Shown here one piece after another: positions 58,159-64,000 of a stretch of 64,000 bases of DNA. The notes below the pieces were generated by a model. It was not told the DNA's origin and searched no databases. It worked only from the letters and a program-made list of their open reading frames with translations. Both the position numbers and the translations under genes were made by a program. The DNA is taken from positions 1,213-65,212 of the forward strand of contig JAYENW010000022.1 in the NCBI GenBank assembly GCA_034722275.1, in the 5' to 3' direction. Positions within the stretch are counted from its first letter, which is position 1. The number at the start of each line of letters is the position of its first letter. The stretch comes from Chloroflexota bacterium. GTDB lineage: Bacteria; Chloroflexota; Dehalococcoidia; GIF9; AB-539-J10.

Positions 58159-59498
58159 AACCAAACCGCTTTCAGTCTAAAGCTGTTTTCCTCTGTGGGG
58201 GCATTAGCAAAAGGATGTTTCCCATCACCGAGGATAAGATCCTTCTGGATTTTCTGGGCAAGCCTTTGCTCCAGTACCAGATAGAAATGGCACAGGAAGC
58301 AGGATTAAAGCACTTTGTGTTCATCGTAAATCCCCAAAATATGGAAAAGATAAGGCAGATAGCTGATAATATTTCTGATATCGATGTTGAACTTACTCTT
58401 CAGGAAAAGCCGCTGGGTATTGCTGATGCCTTGAAAAGCGCCGCACCTCTTCTCCAGGGGTCAGTTCTGGTAATAAATCCCAATGATGTCTTCGCAAGTT
58501 CTGCATATAGCAAGATCAGATCTGAAAGCTGTCAGCTCTCGAGTGTCAGCTCTTGTATGCTGGGCTATCAGGTTGACAGGTACTTTCCCGGTGGCTACCT
58601 TGAAGTGAATTCCCAGAACGAGCTGCTTCACATTGTAGAGAAGCCTGAGCCAGGTGAAGAGCCAAGCGACCTGGTCAATATCTTGATTCACCTCCATAAT
58701 GAGCCTGTAAAGCTTCTGGAGTATATTGAAACTGTCCAGAGCGATAAAGATGATGTTTATGAATGTGCCTTGGAGGGTATGGTACAGGAAGGGCACAAAA
58801 TCAAGGTTATTCCTTACGATGATTTCTGGATGTCCATCAAATATCCCTGGCATATCTTCAAGGCGATGGAATATTTCCTGGATAAGGGTGAACCTTACAT
58901 TTCCCCCACAGCTCGTATCTCTGATAAAGCAAGCATTGATGGAAAGGTTATCTTGAGTGACAAGGTTAAGGTGCTGGAAAATGCTGTGATCCGAGGCCCG
59001 GTATACATTGGCCCCAATTCTGTCATTGGCAACAACTCCCTGGTGCGGGACTATAGCCACATCGGTGCTAACTCTGTTGTGGGTTACTCTACTGAAATAA
59101 AACACTCCTATATTGGAGATAACTGCTGGTTCCACTCCAATTACGTAGGTGATTCTATCATCGGTGATGATTGTTCTTTCGGCAGTGGCACTATAACAGC
59201 TAATTTCCGCCTTGATGAAGAGAATATCTGCATAATAATTGATGGCAGTCGTGTGGACACCGGGTATGACAAGCTGGGTGCCATAATTGGCAAAGGTTGC
59301 CGCGTTGGGGTAAATGCCTGCCTCATGCCTGGAATTCGAATTGGCCACAACTCTTTTGTGGGACCACATGTATGTCTCAATGAGGACTTGGCGACAAATA
59401 AAGCGGTTATGATTGAGCCCCGATACCAGGTTGTGGATAATGGAACACAATTAACTCAGGATAAAAGACAGGAACTATTGAAGAGGTTAGAGAAGTAA
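58155..59498 (+). CDS. bifunctional sugar-1-phosphate nucleotidyltransferase / acyltransferase (archaeal-type GlmU-like: NTP-transferase plus left-handed beta-helix)
   Basis: The N-terminus KAVFLCGGISKRMFPIT matches the G-rich NTP-transferase loop. The C-terminal third is made of hexapeptide repeats (IGPNSVIGNNSLV...IGANSVVGYST...IGDNCWF). Confidence 0.75.
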   Translation: MKPNRFQSKAVFLCGGISKRMFPITEDKILLDFLGKPLLQYQIEMAQEAGLKHFVFIVNPQNMEKIRQIADNISDIDVELTLQEKPLGIADALKSAAPLLQGSVLVINPNDVFASSAYSKIRSESCQLSSVSSCMLGYQVDRYFPGGYLEVNSQNELLHIVEKPEPGEEPSDLVNILIHLHNEPVKLLEYIETVQSDKDDVYECALEGMVQEGHKIKVIPYDDFWMSIKYPWHIFKAMEYFLDKGEPYISPTARISDKASIDGKVILSDKVKVLENAVIRGPVYIGPNSVIGNNSLVRDYSHIGANSVVGYSTEIKHSYIGDNCWFHSNYVGDSIIGDDCSFGSGTITANFRLDEENICIIIDGSRVDTGYDKLGAIIGKGCRVGVNACLMPGIRIGHNSFVGPHVCLNEDLATNKAVMIEPRYQVVDNGTQLTQDKRQELLKRLEK

Positions 59499-59559
59499 AG
59501 TGAAAGTGAAATCTTGTTGATGAAGAAGGATTTTATGGGTTATTATGTGGAGAGCGAAA

Positions 59560-61338
59560 ATGTGTGGCATTATCGGTTATTGTGGTAAACAGCCAGCAGC
59601 CTCCCTTGTCTTCCGGGCACTGAAGTTGCTGGAATATCGCGGCTATGATTCTGCAGGCATGGCTGCCATACATGATGGGCAACTGCTGATAAAAAAGGAT
59701 GCTGGGAAGATTGACGAGGTCAATCAGAAACACAATCTGGAGGCTCTTCCTGGGAGTATAGCTATTGCGCATACTCGCTGGGCGACTCATGGCGGTGTCA
59801 CTCAGGCTAATGCTCACCCCCATTCGGATTGTAACAATAGGGTAGCGGTGGTTCACAATGGTATTATTGAGAACTATCAAGAGCTCCGTCAGGAACTCAT
59901 CAGCAAAGGACACTGTTTCAGCTCGGAAACTGACAGCGAAGTTATTCCTCATCTCATTGAGGAGGAGCTAAAAAATGGCTGCTCTTCATTGGAACATGCT
60001 GTTTTAGCCATCGCTCCCCAACTCGAAGGTTCTTATGCTTTTGTGGCTTTTTCCCTTGAGGAGCCTGGCAAACTTGTGGGCACCAGGAAAAATAATCCCT
60101 TGATTGTTGGTATTGGTGACCAGGGTTATTATATTAGCAGTGATGCCATGGCGTTCTCTAAAGATGCTCATCGTCTAATTACTTTAGAAGATACTGAGGT
60201 AGTGGTGCTGACATCAGATAAAATGGAATTCTTTGATGCTGTAGGGAATAAGCTCACCAAGCAAGTCAGTGAACTTGATAGAGGCTGGGCGGATGCCGGG
60301 AAAAATAGTTATCCTTTCTTCATGCTCAAGGAGATAATGGAGCAGCCCCAGGCACTAGAAAAAACAATAAAGCAAGATGAGAGGAAATTCACCAAGGTCG
60401 CTCTGGATATCTTGAGGGCCAAGCAGGTGATAATTACTGCTTGTGGCACCTCCCGTTATGCTGCCCTGGTAGGGAGGTACCTTTTTTCCAAAGTAGGCCG
60501 CATGTTTTCTGATGTTGTCATGGCCTCTGAGTTCGGCTATTTCGCTGACTCGGTGGATAAGAATACCGTAGTCATAGCTGTATCTCAGAGTGGCGAGACC
60601 GCTGATGTAATTGAAGGAGTAAAAGCAGCTAAAGTTGCTGGCGCTGAAATTGTCTCCATTGTCAACCGCCCGAATTCCATGCTAGCAAACCTGAGCCACC
60701 ATGTTATTCGCCTTAATTGTGGTTCCGAAGTAGGAGTAGCAGCTACGAAAACTTTCTTATGCCAGTTAGCCGTGTTTTACCTCTTATCCTTCTCCATGGT
60801 TAACTCTTTTGATGAGGCGCAAAACAAACTTAACACTGTGTGCAGCAAGGTAAGTGAAGCCTTGAGGGAGAACAGCGATAAGCTGATTGAGCTCAGCCAG
60901 AGGTTGAAAGCTAGGGATGACTTTTATTACATTGGTCGGGGAATTAACTTTTCTATTGCCACTGAAGGTGCTCTGAAGCTCAAGGAGATTTCCTATATCC
61001 ACGCCGAAGGGATGCCTGCCGGAGAGCTTAAACATGGTACGCTTGCTCTCATTGAAGAGAACACGCCAGTGGTGGTTATCTGCCCTGCTGACTATACCTA
61101 TGCTGAAACTCTGAGTAATGCTATGGAAGCCAAGTCCCGTGGGGCTTACATCATCGGCGTTTCTGACAAAGAGAGTGACATCTTCGATTTCTGGGTCAAG
61201 GTTCCTCAGGTTGATGAGTTACTATATCCCATGGTTACTGTAGTTCCTCTGCAATTACTGGCTTATCATCTGGCCATTGCTCGAGGATGCGACCCTGACA
61301 AGCCACGCAATCTGGCGAAATCCGTTACTGTGAAGTAG
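59560..61338 (+). CDS. glmS: glutamine--fructose-6-phosphate aminotransferase
   Basis: MCGIIGY Ntn-glutaminase start (Cys1), two SIS domains, and the C-terminal ...KPRNLAKSVTVK typical of GlmS. The ORF track starts 5 codons earlier (59545). The start was moved so that Cys follows the initiator Met; GGAGAG lies 6 nt upstream. Confidence 0.9.
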   Translation: MCGIIGYCGKQPAASLVFRALKLLEYRGYDSAGMAAIHDGQLLIKKDAGKIDEVNQKHNLEALPGSIAIAHTRWATHGGVTQANAHPHSDCNNRVAVVHNGIIENYQELRQELISKGHCFSSETDSEVIPHLIEEELKNGCSSLEHAVLAIAPQLEGSYAFVAFSLEEPGKLVGTRKNNPLIVGIGDQGYYISSDAMAFSKDAHRLITLEDTEVVVLTSDKMEFFDAVGNKLTKQVSELDRGWADAGKNSYPFFMLKEIMEQPQALEKTIKQDERKFTKVALDILRAKQVIITACGTSRYAALVGRYLFSKVGRMFSDVVMASEFGYFADSVDKNTVVIAVSQSGETADVIEGVKAAKVAGAEIVSIVNRPNSMLANLSHHVIRLNCGSEVGVAATKTFLCQLAVFYLLSFSMVNSFDEAQNKLNTVCSKVSEALRENSDKLIELSQRLKARDDFYYIGRGINFSIATEGALKLKEISYIHAEGMPAGELKHGTLALIEENTPVVVICPADYTYAETLSNAMEAKSRGAYIIGVSDKESDIFDFWVKVPQVDELLYPMVTVVPLQLLAYHLAIARGCDPDKPRNLAKSVTVK

Positions 61339-61518
61339 CTCTCAGCCTATTCTCAGTTGTACTTCGAGAAACTCTCTTGATCTCTCATTTTGGTTCATTT
61401 TTCACTTACATTGCTCTAGCGGTTATAACCTGTTGAGGGATAGAATAGGCTGTATCTTTGAGTGGATATTGTGCTTTACAAGACTGAGGTTTGTGGCTAA
61501 AATAAGTGTGGTTTTTCT

Positions 61519-61593
61519 GCGGGTGTAACTCAACGGTAGAGTGCTTGCTTCCCAAGCAAGATGTCGCGGGTCCGAATCCCGTCACCCGCTCCA
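61519..61593 (+). tRNA. tRNA-Gly (anticodon CCC), encoded CCA
   Basis: Reads GCGGGTGTAACTCAACGGTAGAGTGCTTGCTTCCCAAGCAAGATGTCGCGGGTCCGAATCCCGTCACCCGCTCCA. Anticodon loop TT-CCC-AA and a 7-bp acceptor stem. Confidence 0.85.
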
Positions 61594-61673
61594 CCACAGA
61601 TATAAATCATAGTTACGCTATTTCCAAAAAGTCCACGCAAAATCCGTTAAAAGAGTGCTTGCTTCGTCAGAAA

Positions 61674-62705
61674 ATGACGCCGACGGAACTCTCAAGTCTC
61701 ATGTCAGGTTACTCCCTCTGTGCCCAGACCGAAGGCAAGAGCAAAAATACGGTAACTATTGTCACCAGAAGTGTAACCTACTTTAATGATTTCCTAAGTG
61801 TCAACGGGCTGAGCACTGATGTTACACAGATAGGCACTAGAGAGATAAGGACGTTCATTTTCCATCTCCAGCAGAAGAGGTGCTTTAGCAATCACCCCTA
61901 TAGCAAAGCACAACGAAGAGGACTCTCCGGGCACACTATCAATACTTATATGAGGTCAATACGAGCTTTTTGGTCATGGCTTGTCGAAGAGGAGATAATA
62001 GAGGTCAATCCCTTCTCCAGGCTTAAGATACCCAAGCCACCCAAAAAGGTCATAGCCACCTTTTCCCAGTATCAGATCGAGTCGCTACTAAGTATTATGA
62101 ATAACTCACCCGAAGGCTATCGGGACATGGTTATCATTCTCACCCTGCTCGATACCGGGCTGAGGGTAAATGAACTGATAAACCTAAAGATGGAGCATGT
62201 ATGGCTTGAGGAAAGTATAATCAAGGTTCTTGGTAAGGGCAACAAGGAGAGGCTGGTGCCTATCGGTAAGCAGATCCGAAAACTACTGTGGCGCTACATT
62301 AGTCAGTATCGCCCTGAACCAGCACTGCCAAACTTGGATAATCTATTCTTAAACCGGGATGGGAGGCCGCTAACCAAAAACCGGCTGGATAGTCTAATGA
62401 AGCACTATGGTAAACTGGCAGGGCTTACCGGCATCAGATGTTCCCCTCACACTCTCAGACATACCTTTGCCATTAACTACCTGAGAAACGGGGGTGATGT
62501 TTTCAGCCTGCAGAAAATACTGGGGCACTCAAGTCTGGAGATGACGAGACGGTATTGTGAATTGGCTGATGTCGATATGAGGAGGGCTCATGCTATAGCC
62601 AGCCCTGTGGATAATCTTAAGATAGGAAGGAAATCAGTTTTAGTCCGCGGCACTAAGGGCAAGAAAATCAAAATGCGTCAGGAAAAGGCTAACTGTCAGC
62701 AGTAG
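61674..62705 (+). CDS. tyrosine-type site-specific recombinase/integrase
   Basis: N-terminal SAM-like core-binding domain. The catalytic region has R...HTLRHTFA...GHSSLEMTRRY (the R-H-R-Y tetrad). The start was placed at the internal ATG (MTPTELSS), because the ORF-track start overlaps the tRNA. Confidence 0.85.
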   Translation: MTPTELSSLMSGYSLCAQTEGKSKNTVTIVTRSVTYFNDFLSVNGLSTDVTQIGTREIRTFIFHLQQKRCFSNHPYSKAQRRGLSGHTINTYMRSIRAFWSWLVEEEIIEVNPFSRLKIPKPPKKVIATFSQYQIESLLSIMNNSPEGYRDMVIILTLLDTGLRVNELINLKMEHVWLEESIIKVLGKGNKERLVPIGKQIRKLLWRYISQYRPEPALPNLDNLFLNRDGRPLTKNRLDSLMKHYGKLAGLTGIRCSPHTLRHTFAINYLRNGGDVFSLQKILGHSSLEMTRRYCELADVDMRRAHAIASPVDNLKIGRKSVLVRGTKGKKIKMRQEKANCQQ

Positions 62706-63606
62706 CCTCTTCAATAACAGTAGAAAGGATTGCCTGAAAGGGTGCTGCCTGCTTTTTCACTTCCAGTGCTTTAACCTTTATTTGACCAATCCGCTCATCT
62801 TTAGCGTACTGGTTAATTAGAGAGATGGTAACTTCCTTGCACCTTACCATCTCCTCTTTAGAGCCTATTGCTAGTATATAGTCAGGAAGGTCTCCAGGCA
62901 CAAGCCTGTAGCGGTTGGAGTCATTTTGCAGAACTTCCAATTCGGGCTGTTTCCCGGAACTGTAATTATCAAGGGCAAACTCGTAAATAAATTTGGGCAC
63001 ATTCAGCAGGTGTCCCTTCCCTATTACAGGAATAGGACTCAAATTCAAACCTGTCTCACCCTCCGCCCTGCTCCAAATTCCATGGGCCATAGTCCAGCAC
63101 ATGCTAACAAAACCTGTCAGAGACTCCCTCCACTGGTTGTAGTGCTTGAACTCTGGAAATACGGTTTTCAGCTTAGACATAAAGAGCGGAAACTGGCTAT
63201 CTTGTTCAACTGCCAGCTTTAGCACCAACTTGCCTCGTTCCATCCAGATTCTGAGCGCTGCTTCAGATGTCAGGGGTGACTCTCCCTTGTCACGGAGACC
63301 CCAAATAGCCCAGTCCTTCGGACCCATACGAGACAAGCTATTTTGAAGCTGAATTGCTATCTCAAGGGTGCCTGGTGCTCTCCCAGGTCTGGTTTGCAGT
63401 TGGGTGCTGGATTTTTTCAAAGTAATACCCTTTAGCCGCTCGATCTCCGCAGCTGGGATTCGCCACGCACTGTGTTTTGTCAGTCGAGTTCCAAATAAGC
63501 GATCAGCCCTTAAGTACTCGTATATCCTGTCTGGAGACAGATTAAGTATTTGGGCAACCTCTTTTACGCTATAAAACTCTTTCCTATTCAATAAGTTCCT
63601 CTCCAA
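62689..63606 (-). CDS. 305-aa protein with N-terminal excisionase/MerR-type HTH and a large C-terminal domain of unknown function
   Basis: YSVKEVAQILNLSPDRIYEYLRA is an HTH_17/Xis-type DNA-binding helix. The remaining ~250 aa have no recognisable motif. It lies between the two integrase genes on the opposite strand. Confidence 0.45.
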   Translation of the reverse strand: MERNLLNRKEFYSVKEVAQILNLSPDRIYEYLRADRLFGTRLTKHSAWRIPAAEIERLKGITLKKSSTQLQTRPGRAPGTLEIAIQLQNSLSRMGPKDWAIWGLRDKGESPLTSEAALRIWMERGKLVLKLAVEQDSQFPLFMSKLKTVFPEFKHYNQWRESLTGFVSMCWTMAHGIWSRAEGETGLNLSPIPVIGKGHLLNVPKFIYEFALDNYSSGKQPELEVLQNDSNRYRLVPGDLPDYILAIGSKEEMVRCKEVTISLINQYAKDERIGQIKVKALEVKKQAAPFQAILSTVIEEATADS

Positions 63607-63837
63607 GTGCCCTAAATCACCCCAAAATGCCTTAGTTTGTGTAGCTGTCGGTGCAATCTGTATGCTTATTTTATGGGAAAATATGTTCCTTGTCTAAGCG
63701 ACTGAAGTGAGCTGGGGTAGAGCCGTTGGTTGGAGGCGCGGTGGGTTATCAAACCATGCTATACATCAGGTAAAAATGAGCAGGTTTGGCGCTCATTGAC
63801 CGTGAATAAATAAACAATCTTGGTATGGCTAACAATG

Positions 63838-64000
63838 CTAAACGATGAAATAAACCACTTTCTGGAGCAGGCCCTCGATAAAGCGGAGGCTTCTACAGAA
63901 TTGAGCAATCTGATTGAAGGCTATGCCCTTTGTGCCCGTAGTGAGGGAAAAAGCGAGAATACGGTTCAGCTTAACAGAAGGGCGGTCGGATATCTGAAGG
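63838..64000 (+). CDS. tyrosine integrase, N-terminal 54 codons only (truncated by window end)
   Basis: MLNDEINHFLEQALDKAEASTELSNLIEGYALCARSEGKSENTVQLNRRAVGYLK parallels the N-terminus of the integrase at 61674. Confidence 0.6.

Larger units (their letters stand above)
61594..64000. mobile_element. integrated element(s) inserted at the 3' end of tRNA-Gly: integrase, HTH protein, and a second paralogous integrase; it continues past the window end
   Basis: A tyrosine recombinase gene lies directly 3' of the tRNA. A second integrase N-terminus at the window end shares GY(S/A)LCA(Q/R)(T/S)EGKS(K/E)NTV with the first. Confidence 0.55.

Noticed and set aside
58461-59450. 329-aa ORF on the minus strand
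   Set aside because: It is entirely antisense to the GlmU-like gene, whose product has clear NTP-transferase and hexapeptide-repeat motifs. Antisense frames of left-handed beta-helix repeat coding sequence are typically open. The ORF has no recognisable motif of its own.
61344-61451. 10-bp inverted repeat AGCCTATTCT / AGAATAGGCT flanking an ~88-nt spacer between glmS and tRNA-Gly
   Set aside because: The arms are too far apart for a terminator. There is no supporting structure or coding signal, so it may be a coincidence or an old att remnant. It was not promoted to a finding.
61406-61597. 63-aa minus-strand ORF
   Set aside because: It is antisense to tRNA-Gly and its upstream region.

Overview
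This 64 kb window is mostly core chromosome with dense housekeeping operons. It is bracketed at both ends by tRNA-anchored integrated elements. GC content is about 48 percent.

Left end, 1 to about 2.7 kb: an ImmA/IrrE-like ORF and a large serine recombinase whose reading frame runs through the antisense of a tRNA-Ile(GAT).

Core, about 2.7 to 61.5 kb:
- DNA recombination and replication: recX-recA, dnaE, topA, dprA, holA, ruvX.
- Translation and protein turnover: aspS, tig, clpP, alaS, gltX, ychF, and the aroQ-pepP-efp neighbourhood.
- Shikimate pathway: aroE, aroC and an aroK-aroB fusion.
- Isoprenoid and UDP-GlcNAc precursors: dxs, uppS, and an archaeal-type glmM-glmU-glmS operon.
- Two tandem tRNA-Ser genes.

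The less ordinary content of the core is:
- a tightly coupled four-gene operon of unknown pathway (pfkB kinase, HAD-IB hydrolase, PurN-like formyltransferase, PHP phosphoesterase);
- an orphan Na+-pump decarboxylase beta subunit preceded by a 44-codon OadG-like micro-ORF, beside a CaCA-type cation exchanger;
- a 703-aa ferredoxin/GltD-like NAD(P)H oxidoreductase fusion leading a four-subunit 2-oxoacid:ferredoxin oxidoreductase operon;
- an opine-dehydrogenase-family enzyme, a HisC-type aminotransferase and a TrpX-type ABC importer directly downstream of that operon.

Right end, 61.5 to 64 kb: tRNA-Gly(CCC), a tyrosine integrase, a 305-aa helix-turn-helix (HTH) protein of unknown function, and the start of a second paralogous integrase.

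No CRISPR array, rRNA gene or transposase was seen. The lineage guess (an anaerobic Chloroflexota or Dehalococcoidia-like genome) is low confidence. All calls come from reading the sequence and motifs; no database search was run.
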